Below are positions 18,705 through 28,209 of a stretch of DNA of 64,000 nt, piece after piece. The notes beneath the pieces were generated by a model. It was not told the origin of the DNA. It saw nothing but the letters and a program-made list of their open reading frames with translations, and ran no database searches. Both the position numbers and the translations under genes were made by a program. The stretch spans positions 9,077-73,076 of the forward strand of contig CAYTFZ010000004.1 of NCBI GenBank assembly GCA_964437215.1, written 5' to 3'. This DNA comes from an uncultured Melioribacteraceae bacterium. Its GTDB lineage: Bacteria > Bacteroidota > Ignavibacteria > Ignavibacteriales > Melioribacteraceae. Within the stretch, counting starts at the first letter, position 1. Every line of letters starts with the position of its first letter.

Positions 18705-18970
18705 TTTAAGCCAATATATGTTAAAAAATAACTGTAAAGATAATGATTTGAAATCCTACATTCAAAAAGAATAAGATTTTTTGAAAAGAAACACCGCAGT
18801 ATTTTAAAATTATACGATATGCTAATTTTAACTTCCTGAATTTTTTTTGTAATAATGTTCACTTAAGAAAAAAATATTTTATATAGAATCCTTTTCTTTA
18901 CCAAATCTATTTAACTGGCACCAGCTTTATTCAAATTTAATAGAGAAGAATATTTTGATATAATATATCT

Positions 18971-20332
18971 TTGATATTGCTTAATTTTGCCGTGTTTAAT
19001 AACAAAGAATATATCCAATTGAATATTATAAGAAAAATATCAGTCATTACGTTTATTTTTGTCATTTACATTTCTGCCCAGCAAAATTCTGAAATAAAGC
19101 GTGAATATTTTCCCAATGGGAAATTAAAATCCGAAGGAACATATATTAACGGAATTCGCGAAGGAATTTATAAAGAATATTATGATACCGGCGAGCTTTG
19201 GAAAGAATGGAATTATATAGATGGCAAGGAAGAAGGGATTTCGACTTGGTATTTCCCGGACGGTGCAATAAGTATGGAATGGAATTACATAAACGGAAGC
19301 CTCGAAGGAATTTCTAAGTGGTATTATCTGACTGGAGAATTATGGGCTGAACCCAATTACGAAAACAATCTTCAAAACGGATTTACTAAAACGTATTATC
19401 TTAACGGCGCTTTGCAAAGTATTTTGCATTATAAAGACGGCTTGCTTGAGGGATTAAGCAAAACGTTTTTTGAAAACGGGAAATTGGAAGTCGAAAAAAA
19501 TTATGTGCGCGGAAAATTAGAAGGCATTAACAGGGTTTATTACGATTTCGGACAGTTAGCGCTTGAGGCCAATTACAGAGACGATAAACTTGAAGGAGTA
19601 TCATATTTGTATTACCCCGATGGTTCGATAAAAGTTATTGATACTTACAGAGACGGAATAATTATTAAACGCGATAAATACGGTATTACGGGTAACTACG
19701 AAAAAACAATCGAAAATTTTTCGGAATATTATCCCGAAGGAACGTTAAAAGCTGAAAACAATTATAAATCGGGCAAACCCGACGGAATAAACAAATATTA
19801 TTATCGGAGCGGATTTTTAGAATCAGTTTTAAATTATAAGGAAGGTGAGCTGGACAGTATTTGCATTACATATTCCGACAGCGGAAAAATTAAAACTGAA
19901 ATGCTGTACAATTCTGGGGAAAAAACAGGCACTGCATTTTATTACGATTCAACTGGAGCGCTTGAAAAAACCGAAGAATATATTGACGGAGTTATGCACG
20001 GACCTTGCCGGGAATATTATTCAAGCGGGAATATCAAAACCGAATCGGTTTATGTATTTGGTTCTAAGGAAGGCAAGGAAATATATCATTATAATGAAGG
20101 CGGAGTTGCGGCAGAATATTTATATGAAAAAAGCATCCTTAACGGTTCATTTACGGAATATTATTCCGACGGAGAAATAAAATCATTCGGAACTTACAGC
20201 AACGGGGTTTTGAACGGAAAGTTTTATGAGTATTACGAGACAGGGTTGCTTAAAACCGAGGCAGAATACAGCGAAGGAGTTCCGGCAACAAAAATTTCAT
20301 ATAGCGAAAACGGATTAAAAGTAAGCAACTGA
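18971..20332 (+). CDS. MORN-repeat-variant (YwqK-like) repeat protein, secreted
   Basis: About 17 tandem ~23-aa repeats of the type Y(Y/F)xNGxLxxExxYxxGkxeG. Signal peptide ending ISA/QQ. The start is uncertain: the track gives TTG 18971, and TTG 19019 (MNIIRKISVITF...) gives a more typical signal peptide. Confidence 0.7.
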   Translation: MILLNFAVFNNKEYIQLNIIRKISVITFIFVIYISAQQNSEIKREYFPNGKLKSEGTYINGIREGIYKEYYDTGELWKEWNYIDGKEEGISTWYFPDGAISMEWNYINGSLEGISKWYYLTGELWAEPNYENNLQNGFTKTYYLNGALQSILHYKDGLLEGLSKTFFENGKLEVEKNYVRGKLEGINRVYYDFGQLALEANYRDDKLEGVSYLYYPDGSIKVIDTYRDGIIIKRDKYGITGNYEKTIENFSEYYPEGTLKAENNYKSGKPDGINKYYYRSGFLESVLNYKEGELDSICITYSDSGKIKTEMLYNSGEKTGTAFYYDSTGALEKTEEYIDGVMHGPCREYYSSGNIKTESVYVFGSKEGKEIYHYNEGGVAAEYLYEKSILNGSFTEYYSDGEIKSFGTYSNGVLNGKFYEYYETGLLKTEAEYSEGVPATKISYSENGLKVSN

Positions 20333-20335
20333 AAG

Positions 20336-21787
20336 TCACATAAAGATTTTTTGCACCGCCTGCAGATTTTTTTTGTTGATAAGAATCGAAAGAATATCTC
20401 CTTGTTCCAACACGGTTCCCCCGCTGGGCACAATATTTTTTTCATCGCGGATTATTAAAACTATACGGCTGTCGGCAGGAAAGTTTATATCCACAATTTG
20501 TTTCCCTGCAATAGAAGAATTAAAAGGGACAATCAATTCTATCAAATCTGTATCGCTATCCGTGGCAGATGAAAATTCCAGAGAGAGTTTTTTTTTAAGC
20601 TGAAGCGGAGCGGAAAGTTTAAGCCATTTTGCAACTGGATTTATTGACCATCCTTGAATTGTTGCAGAAGAAAGGACAACAAAAAATACTAAATTAAAAA
20701 TCAGGTGCGAGTTTTCTACTCCTTTTAACAATGGAAAAGTTGCTAAAATAATAGGAACGGCGCCCCGTAATCCAACCCAAGATATAAATATTTTTTCTTT
20801 CAGATTAAACTTAAACGGTATGAGAGTAATAAAAACGCTTAAAGGTCTGGCAACAAGCATTAAAATCAAACTTAACAGAATTCCCGAACCGGTTACTAAT
20901 AATAATTCGGAAGGGAAAAGCAATAAACCCAACGTTAGGAACATCGAAATTTGTCCAAGCCAGGCAAAACCGTCAAAAAAACCAGTTAATGCTTTTTTAT
21001 GTATAAATTGCTGATTGCTCATTATTAAACCGGCTATATAAATTGCAAGAAAGCCGCTGCCGTTTAACAAAGTTGTAAATGAATAAAGGAGAATAACTAA
21101 CGCAAGCAGCAAAACAGAATAAATTCCTTCGTAAAAAAACTTAAGTTTATTTATAAATAATACAATCAGTTTCCCGCCTAAAATGCCAAAAACTAACCCG
21201 AGTCCTATCTGAAGAAAGAAAAATAAAACTAAATCGGAAATCGATTTATCGGGTGTTATAATTAGTTCTATCGTCCCGATTGTAAGAAATACAGCCATGG
21301 GATCGTTGCTTCCGGACTCAAGTTCAAGCAGCGGTTTCACTGTTCCCTTTAGTCCTATATTACCGGTTCGCAAAATTGAAAAAACTGCTGCAGCATCTGT
21401 AGAAGAAATAATTGAACCGATAAGCAAACCCCAAAGAAAGGAAGTTTTAAAAATAATAGTAACAAAAAAGGCAATAATAAGAGCAGTGATAAAAGTTCCA
21501 AAAATTGCCAGCAAGAATGCCGGCACCGAAACAATTTTCGATTCTTTCCAACTAGTATCCAACCCGCCCGAAAATAGAATAAAAATAAGCGATAAAATAC
21601 CGATAGACTGTGCCATTGATGCATCGCTGAATTCTATTCCGCCCAAACCTTCGGATCCTGCAAGAATTCCAACACCAATAAACAGCAGTAATGTAGGTAT
21701 TCCTACATTTTGCAACGTTTTTGCTGTAAGTATGCTTACCAAAAGAAGTATGCTGCCAATTAGTAAAAGATATTCGAGACTTACCAT
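20336..21787 (-). CDS. K+/H+ (cation:proton) antiporter, NhaP2/CvrA-like, with C-terminal TrkA-C domain
   Basis: Na_H_Exchanger membrane domain (GLLIGSIISSTDAAAVFSIL, LELESGSNDPMAV) followed by a soluble TrkA-C-like tail (IVLIIRDEKNIVPSGGTVLEQGDILSILI). Confidence 0.8.
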   Translation of the reverse strand: MVSLEYLLLIGSILLLVSILTAKTLQNVGIPTLLLFIGVGILAGSEGLGGIEFSDASMAQSIGILSLIFILFSGGLDTSWKESKIVSVPAFLLAIFGTFITALIIAFFVTIIFKTSFLWGLLIGSIISSTDAAAVFSILRTGNIGLKGTVKPLLELESGSNDPMAVFLTIGTIELIITPDKSISDLVLFFFLQIGLGLVFGILGGKLIVLFINKLKFFYEGIYSVLLLALVILLYSFTTLLNGSGFLAIYIAGLIMSNQQFIHKKALTGFFDGFAWLGQISMFLTLGLLLFPSELLLVTGSGILLSLILMLVARPLSVFITLIPFKFNLKEKIFISWVGLRGAVPIILATFPLLKGVENSHLIFNLVFFVVLSSATIQGWSINPVAKWLKLSAPLQLKKKLSLEFSSATDSDTDLIELIVPFNSSIAGKQIVDINFPADSRIVLIIRDEKNIVPSGGTVLEQGDILSILINKKNLQAVQKIFM

Positions 21788-21896
21788 AAGCTTTCTAAAT
21801 ATTATTAGGCAAATATAAGCAAATTTACAAAGGATTTATTGAATACAAGAAATTTTAATTCTATTTTTGGCTGAATAAATAATTATTAGAAAGATT

Positions 21897-23141
21897 ATGA
21901 ATCAATTCGATATTATTCAGGATATTGTTCTTATTCTATTGGTTGCACTGCCAATAATATACATTTTTAAAAAAATTAATATGCCTGCAATAGTCGGATT
22001 TCTTATCTCAGGAATAATCATCGGGCCTTATGGATTTGCTTTAATGAAAAATCCTGACGGTATTGAAGTAATGGCAGAAATCGGCGTAATTTTACTTTTA
22101 TTTACCATCGGTCTCGAAGTATCCTTTACCCAGTTGATAAAAATCAGGAAATTTCTTCTTATTGCCGGAGGCATTCAAGTTGCAGGAACTATACTTATTG
22201 CTGCATTAATCTTAAGCTCGATAGGGTTATCTTCCGGAACTTCAATCTTTATTGGGATGCTGGTAAGCCTTTCGAGTACAGCAATTGTTTTAAAAATTCT
22301 TTCGGACAGACAGGAATTGCGCGCACCGCACGGAAAAATATCTCTTGGTATTTTGATTTTTCAAGATTTGATAATTGTTCCGATGTTCCTTTTACTTCCT
22401 ATTTTAGGTGCAAGCGAACCGTTAAGTTTTAAAGAAATCATTCTGAAAATGCTTCTTGCGTTTGGAACTTTAGCAGGATTGTTATTTCTCGCTAAATTCC
22501 TTATGCCTAAAATAATGTATATACTTGCAGGAATAAGATTGCGTGAAGCATTTACTACAGGCACTATACTTATTTTGCTTGGCACGGCATATCTTACTCA
22601 TTCATTCGGATTATCTTTTGCTCTCGGTGCATTTATAGCCGGACTTATACTTGCTGAGTCGGAATATAATTCGCAAATTATTTCTGATATGCTTCCATTA
22701 AAAGATACTTTTAACAGCATATTTTTCGTATCAGTGGGAATGTTATTAAATGTTAATTTTGTTTTGGATAATCCTTTATTTATTTTAATTGTTACAGCTG
22801 CAGTAATTATTTTCAAATCATTTATAATTACAATAATTGTTCTTTTTCTCAGATATCCGCTGCGTATTGCTTTGCTTACTGCATTGGGTTTATCGCAAAT
22901 AGGGGAGTTTGCATTTGTGCTTTCGCAGGCTGGAAGCAAAACCGGACTTTTTGATAATCAGCTGTATAACATATTTCTTGCTTCATCAATATTTACAATG
23001 ATACTTACACCGTTTCTTATTAAACTGGCTCCCAAACTTGCATTTGCTTCAAGCAGTCTTGTACCGGTAAGAGAAAACGGTGAAGATGAAGAAACGAAGA
23101 ATCTAACCGGGCAAAGTTGTAATTGCAGGTTTCGGACTTAA
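21897..23141 (+). pseudogene. KefB/KefC-like cation:proton antiporter, membrane-domain fragment of a gene split by a 1-nt frameshift
   Basis: Na_H_Exchanger membrane domain (12-13 helices). The ORF ends ...EETKNLTGQSCNCRFRT*, while the +1 frame from 23107 reads PGKVVIAGFGLNGKNLARVLKQ (Rossmann GxGxxG) and continues into the next ORF. Confidence 0.7.
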
Positions 23142-23871
23142 CGGAAAGAACTTGGCAAGGGTTCTTAAACAGACAGGAATAAGATATATTGTTACCGAAT
23201 TGAATCCGGATACAGTTAAAATTGAAAAAGCCAATAACGAAAGAATAATTTTCGGAGATATAAGCAAAGAAGAAGTACTTCATCAGGTTCACATTGAAAA
23301 TGCAAGCGTGCTTGTGTTCACAATATCCGATCCTATTACTACCAGACGGTCGCTTTATTCTGCAAAACGGATAAACCCTAAAATTTTTACTGTAGTACGC
23401 ACACGATATCTTAATGAAATTGAAGAATTAAAAAAATTAGGCGCCGATGCGGTAATTCCCGAAGAATTTGAAACATCGCTTGAAATATTCAGAAATGTGC
23501 TGGAAAGATACCACATTCCACTGAATGTTATAATGCAGCAAACATCAATTCTCCGAAGCGAATCTTACAGTCTTTTACGCAACGATGAATCAGCCGCATC
23601 TTTTATTCATCTAGATGAAATACTTGCACAGGGTTTAACGGAAACCTTTTTTGTAAATCAGGATAATCCTAATGCAGGAAGGCTGCTTAGCGAAATTCAT
23701 TTGCGGGAGCATTCCGATGCAACTATAATTGCAATAGTGCGCGACGGTAAAACAATTTCCAATCCCACAGGAAGGCAGAAAATACTTATCAATGATACTC
23801 TTGTAATTACAGGCACGCACAAATCGGTTGATGCGGCTATTAATATTTTAATCGGGAGTGCAAATGATTGA
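23107..23871 (+). pseudogene. KefB/KefC-like antiporter, C-terminal KTN (TrkA-N) plus TrkA-C fragment of the same frameshifted gene
   Basis: VVIAGFGLNGKNLARVL NAD-binding fold, ...VVRTRYLNEIEELKKLGADAVIPEE, then TrkA-C (ATIIAIVRDGKTISNPTGRQKILINDTLVITG). The track's internal TTG at 23152 would truncate the Rossmann motif. Confidence 0.7.
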
Positions 23872-24382
23872 TTTTCAATATCCTTCTTTAGCAAAAAAGA
23901 ATATACTTATTAGGAAAAATTTATATAAATGCCGTGTTGAAAGAGAAAGATTGCAAAGAAAATTTAGAGATAAAAATTCTAATTTCATAATTATTCTCTT
24001 TGCCGCTTCTTTAATTTGGAGGTTGTTTCAAATTTATCATTTTAATTCTTTCCCTTTGGATTATGAATTAACTTATCATAAAAATCTTGTTAAACTTCCT
24101 GAAGCCATATCAGTTGAAAGAATAGAAAATAAAAGAATAGTTTGTTATGTGGTTATGAACAAAGCAGGAATACTTTGGATGGAAGGTGAAAATGTTGAAT
24201 CGACACAAATGTTATATAAATTAAAAAATATTAAAGAAAGACTTCCCAATGTAATAATATGTCTGCATGTTGATGCTGATTGCGATATGTCCAATGTGCA
24301 GGATTTTTTAATAACAGCAAGAAAGGCCGGAACTTTAAGGATAAATTTTGCAAGCCGATTTAAAAAATCAACCGATAAATAA
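23858..24382 (+). CDS. Hypothetical single-pass membrane protein with an ExbD/TolR-like C-terminal domain
   Basis: One TM helix (FIIILFAASLIWRLFQIY), then IVCYVVMNKAGILWMEGENV...PNVIICLHVDADCDMSNVQDFLITARKAGTLRINFAS, which resembles the ExbD periplasmic domain pattern. No exbB or tonB is adjacent. GTG start overlaps the preceding gene; ATG 23864 is an alternative. Confidence 0.35.
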   Translation: MQMIDFQYPSLAKKNILIRKNLYKCRVERERLQRKFRDKNSNFIIILFAASLIWRLFQIYHFNSFPLDYELTYHKNLVKLPEAISVERIENKRIVCYVVMNKAGILWMEGENVESTQMLYKLKNIKERLPNVIICLHVDADCDMSNVQDFLITARKAGTLRINFASRFKKSTDK

Positions 24383-24532
24383 TTTAATTACTTAATCTTC
24401 AGTCTACAAAAACACACACTGCTGTAAACTTTAATAATCACTTTAAAAATCTTCTGTCAATTTCCTTATAAAAAAACAAGTTTTTAAAGGGCATAACTTT
24501 TGAAAATCCGTTATTCAAACAGCGGGTTTCTT

Positions 24533-25066
24533 ATGAAAAATATTATTCTATCGCTTTTATTTGTTCTCATCATTCCGGGATGCTACACATTAAATCATCA
24601 TCCCGAGCTTCAGGCAAAAAACTCGAAAGGTGAAATGGATTTAATCTTTGTTACCAAAGAAACAAAGTGTTTGAATTGCCACAATGCCGAGCAGCTTGTA
24701 GATTACGGTTATCTTGTTGCAGTAAACGATGACGAGTTTGAAAAAATAAAATTGAAGTTTCCTTATTGGGCCGGCGATATTGATGAAATTGTTATTCCGG
24801 AAGATGAATACATTCAGTATAATCCTCAATTATACGAATTACCGGAAGAGGAAAAAGAAATTATTATACATAACCCGAATATTTATTATTCTCAACCTGT
24901 TTTATTTGGTCCCACAGTTTTGGGTCCTGCAAAAAAAGAACGGGAAACGGTAATACCAGAAAATCTGAAAGATATAAGAAACAGCGGCGGAAGAGGAAGT
25001 GAAAATTCCGTAAATACTGAAGGGAATAATGGTTCAAATGAAAGAGGAAACAGAAAACGGAAATAG
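24533..25066 (+). CDS. Hypothetical lipoprotein
   Basis: Lipoprotein signal MKNIILSLLFVLIIPG/C, an acidic middle region, and a Gly/Asn/Arg-rich C-terminal tail. No recognisable domain. Confidence 0.5.
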   Translation: MKNIILSLLFVLIIPGCYTLNHHPELQAKNSKGEMDLIFVTKETKCLNCHNAEQLVDYGYLVAVNDDEFEKIKLKFPYWAGDIDEIVIPEDEYIQYNPQLYELPEEEKEIIIHNPNIYYSQPVLFGPTVLGPAKKERETVIPENLKDIRNSGGRGSENSVNTEGNNGSNERGNRKRK

Positions 25067-25072
25067 GATTTT

Positions 25073-25801
25073 ATGAAAAATTTACTGCTGTTGATATTAT
25101 TAGTTTTATTGCTTTTTTCCTGTGTTACGTATAAAACAGTAACAGAGCCGGTTGGCGAAAATTACTTTTTTGAACAAGGCAGGAAATATATGGTAAGTGG
25201 AAGTACTGAAGCTGAAATTACAATTTGCCTTGAAGAAACAACCGGTAATGAAATGAAATTTTTTCTTCAGATAAAAAACTTGAATGATGATACATTAACA
25301 GTTGATCCGGCAGATTTTTATTGTTATCTAAATAAGTGCGATTTTGATAATGAGCAGGAAAGAGTTAAAAATTTAAGTTACTGCATTAATCCCGAAACAC
25401 GAATAAATACGTTAGAAAACCAATTAATAAAAAGAGAGGAGTCCTACGCACAAAACCAATTGGCAAATACAGCTTGCGGTTTGTCATCGTGCGCAATAGG
25501 AGGGGCATCGTATATTTCGGGAGACAAGGAAACTGGTGACGGCGCAATTGACGAGATGGCAAGAGTAACAGAAAAAATGGAAAGAGAACGGATAGAATAT
25601 GAGAATGATGTAAGCAAATTTAACTCCGAAAAGAATTACTGGTCTAACGAAGCTTTCAGAAAAACCACACTGAATGGAAATAGCACCTATGCCGGATTTG
25701 TCCATTTCAATGTGAAAAGTTCATCAAATTTTTTCCTGCTGTTCCCAGTAAAAAATTCTGTTATTTTGTTTGAATACAATCAAAAGCGCATAAAAATTTA
25801 A
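25073..25801 (+). CDS. Hypothetical lipoprotein
   Basis: Lipoprotein signal MKNLLLLILLVLLLFS/C. No recognisable domain. Lies 6 nt after the previous lipoprotein gene. Confidence 0.5.
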   Translation: MKNLLLLILLVLLLFSCVTYKTVTEPVGENYFFEQGRKYMVSGSTEAEITICLEETTGNEMKFFLQIKNLNDDTLTVDPADFYCYLNKCDFDNEQERVKNLSYCINPETRINTLENQLIKREESYAQNQLANTACGLSSCAIGGASYISGDKETGDGAIDEMARVTEKMERERIEYENDVSKFNSEKNYWSNEAFRKTTLNGNSTYAGFVHFNVKSSSNFFLLFPVKNSVILFEYNQKRIKI

Positions 25802-25930
25802 GGGAAAGCTGGTTTTATTTTAAAAAAATCAGGGCATTTGTGATTGCCTTAAAATTATAAACTTTTACCTGTCCAAGAATGTTAATTATTAAATTCATAT
25901 TTTTGTTGAATTAAAAAAAGTGAGTTAATA

Positions 25931-27568
25931 ATGAATTTATTAAGAAGGGCTGTACTATTTGTTTTTTTTGTTTTAATAAATATTGCTTTTATTAAAGCTC
26001 AAAATAAAGAAATGCCCAAACTTGTAGTAAGTGTTGTTATCGATCAGATGCGTTACGATTATTTGAACAAATTCAGCGATTTATACGGAGAAGGCGGATT
26101 TAAGCGGCTGATGAAGGGAGGCGCTAATTTTACTTTTACAAATCTTAATTACACTCCGGCATATACTGCTGTTGGACATGCAACAATTTATACGGGAGCA
26201 ACGCCGTATTTCCATGGAATAATTGCAAATGATTTTTATGACCGTTCGGCAAAAAAAATAATTGCTCCTTTATACGATGCTTCTTACAACACCTTAGGCG
26301 CGCTTGATAAAAACGGAGAAAAATCGCCGAAAAGACTTATAGCAAGCACAATAACAGATGAACTGAAATTATTTTCTTCGGGAAAATCAAAAGTAATTAG
26401 CATTTCCACAAAGGACAGAGCGTCAATATTGCCGGGAGGACATATGGCTGACGCGGCATTTTGGTATAATCCCGGAAACGGAAGTTTTATTTCTTCTACA
26501 TATTATATGAAAAATCTGCCCGGCTGGGTTATTTTGTTCAACGAGAAAAAAATGGCTTTAGAATATATGAATAAAGACTGGGAACTGAGCTTTCCGACAG
26601 AAAAATATGTTTATACTCTCCCTGATAATTGTAAATGGGAACCAGATTATTTTAAGGAAGGAGATAATACTTTCCCGCATACTTTCAACAATCTGACCGA
26701 AGATGAAAAACTTCATCTTATTAGTAATACACCATACGGAAATGAAATACTGTTTGACTTCACTGCAAAGGCATTGGCTGCAGAAGAATTAGGCAAAGAT
26801 TCTATTACGGATTTTCTTGCCGTAAGTTTTTCGCCGACGGATTATGTTGGACACGTTTATGGTCCGAATTCTTTTGAAATTGCAGATACTTATGCAAAAA
26901 TGGATAATATTATTGAAAGAATGCTAAATCTATTAGATGAAAAGGTTGGTGAAGGCAACTATTTGTTTGTTATTACCGCTGATCACGGAGGTTCTTATCC
27001 TTTTGAATATTTAAAAGAAAACAATATGGTATCGGGCGGATTTTTAAAAAAGGGAACTGTTGATAAAATAAACAATTTCATTCAGAAAGAATTCGGTGAT
27101 ACAAATATTCTTGCAAGTTTATCAAATTCTCAACTATTTCTTGATAACGATTTGATTGTTAAAAAGGGATTTAATCCGCGGGAAGCAAGACTGAAAATTG
27201 CTGAATATCTTAAAAACAATTTTAATGAAATTACAAAAGCAGTTACGCGCGATCAGCTAGAAGCTTCATATCCTGCAAGAGATGGAAAAGATTTCCTGCT
27301 GAACGGGTTCCATCCGGTTCGTTCCGGGGATATTCTTCTGGAATTTATTCCCGGTTATTATTATGCAAAACCAAAGACTGATGTAACATCTCACGAAACC
27401 AGATATTCATCCGATTCGCATATACCGCTTATTTTTTATGGTTGGAATATCAATGCCGGCACTTTTAATAAACCTGCTTATATTGTTGATATTGCCGCAA
27501 CAATTGCTGATATGTTAGGAATAAACGCTCCCAATTGCTCAATGGGAATTCCGCTGATAAAACATTAA
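25931..27568 (+). CDS. pafA: Alkaline phosphatase, PafA type (nucleotide pyrophosphatase/phosphodiesterase superfamily)
   Basis: Signal peptide, then KLVVSVVIDQMRYDYL, GHATIYTGATP, AVSFSPTDYVGHVYGP and ITADHG motifs typical of PafA-like enzymes. Confidence 0.75.
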   Translation: MNLLRRAVLFVFFVLINIAFIKAQNKEMPKLVVSVVIDQMRYDYLNKFSDLYGEGGFKRLMKGGANFTFTNLNYTPAYTAVGHATIYTGATPYFHGIIANDFYDRSAKKIIAPLYDASYNTLGALDKNGEKSPKRLIASTITDELKLFSSGKSKVISISTKDRASILPGGHMADAAFWYNPGNGSFISSTYYMKNLPGWVILFNEKKMALEYMNKDWELSFPTEKYVYTLPDNCKWEPDYFKEGDNTFPHTFNNLTEDEKLHLISNTPYGNEILFDFTAKALAAEELGKDSITDFLAVSFSPTDYVGHVYGPNSFEIADTYAKMDNIIERMLNLLDEKVGEGNYLFVITADHGGSYPFEYLKENNMVSGGFLKKGTVDKINNFIQKEFGDTNILASLSNSQLFLDNDLIVKKGFNPREARLKIAEYLKNNFNEITKAVTRDQLEASYPARDGKDFLLNGFHPVRSGDILLEFIPGYYYAKPKTDVTSHETRYSSDSHIPLIFYGWNINAGTFNKPAYIVDIAATIADMLGINAPNCSMGIPLIKH

Positions 27569-27650
27569 TCGGAACAAATTACATTCTTAAAAGCCGGGAT
27601 TAATTTTAGAAATAATCGCCGGTTTTTTAATTCCAAATTCAATGTTCAAA

Positions 27651-28085
27651 TCATTTCCCGATTATTTGTTTAATCTTTCTGATATAATTTGATGAGCCCC
27701 CTTCTTCATATCCTAAAACTCCCAATGCTCTTCCGTGAGGATCAAGAATTATTACTGTAGGATAACCCGAAACTCTGTACTTAACTGCTAAAGTTTCGTT
27801 CTGAATTACCTGTTTTTCGGGTAATTGTTTTTGTCGAGGAAAATCAACCAAAACTGTAACAAGATTTCCGTTTGCAAAGCTCTTAAAATCCCCTTTCTGA
27901 AAAACTTCCGAATCAAGTTTTTTACACCAGCCGCACCAATCGGAACCGGTAAAAAATAATAAAATGTGTTTATTATTTCTTTTAGCATCCATCATTGCTT
28001 TATTTGCATCGGTCTCCCATCCGCCCAAAAAAGTATGCGAAGTTAAAATAAACAAAAGGGGAAGAAAAAAGAAAAATTTTGCCAT
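27651..28085 (-). CDS. Secreted thioredoxin-fold protein (Thioredoxin_7-like)
   Basis: Signal peptide plus ILLFFTGSDWCGWCKKL with a CxxC active site. Confidence 0.7.
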   Translation of the reverse strand: MAKFFFFLPLLFILTSHTFLGGWETDANKAMMDAKRNNKHILLFFTGSDWCGWCKKLDSEVFQKGDFKSFANGNLVTVLVDFPRQKQLPEKQVIQNETLAVKYRVSGYPTVIILDPHGRALGVLGYEEGGSSNYIRKIKQIIGK

Positions 28086-28209
28086 TTTTTTCTCCTGTTT
28101 AAAAAAATAAAATTACGGATATAAATATAAAATTGTAAAGTATTCTAAATAAATAAAAATTTAAAATCCTCGAAGATATCATTCAGGAAAATTTTATAAA
28201 GGAGGAAAA

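Noticed and set aside
18705-18970. 266-bp region upstream of proS, considered as a possible T-box or other leader.
   Set aside because: I could find no specifier-loop/T-box consensus or stable terminator-antiterminator pair. The region also serves as a divergent promoter region for the MORN-repeat gene.
24668-24682. CLNCH (CxxCH) motif in the lipoprotein 24533..25066, suggesting a c-type cytochrome.
   Set aside because: This is a single occurrence in a protein with no other cytochrome features and no distal Met/His context that I can recognise. CxxCH occurs by chance fairly often. It is mentioned within the finding on 23858-25801 but not called.
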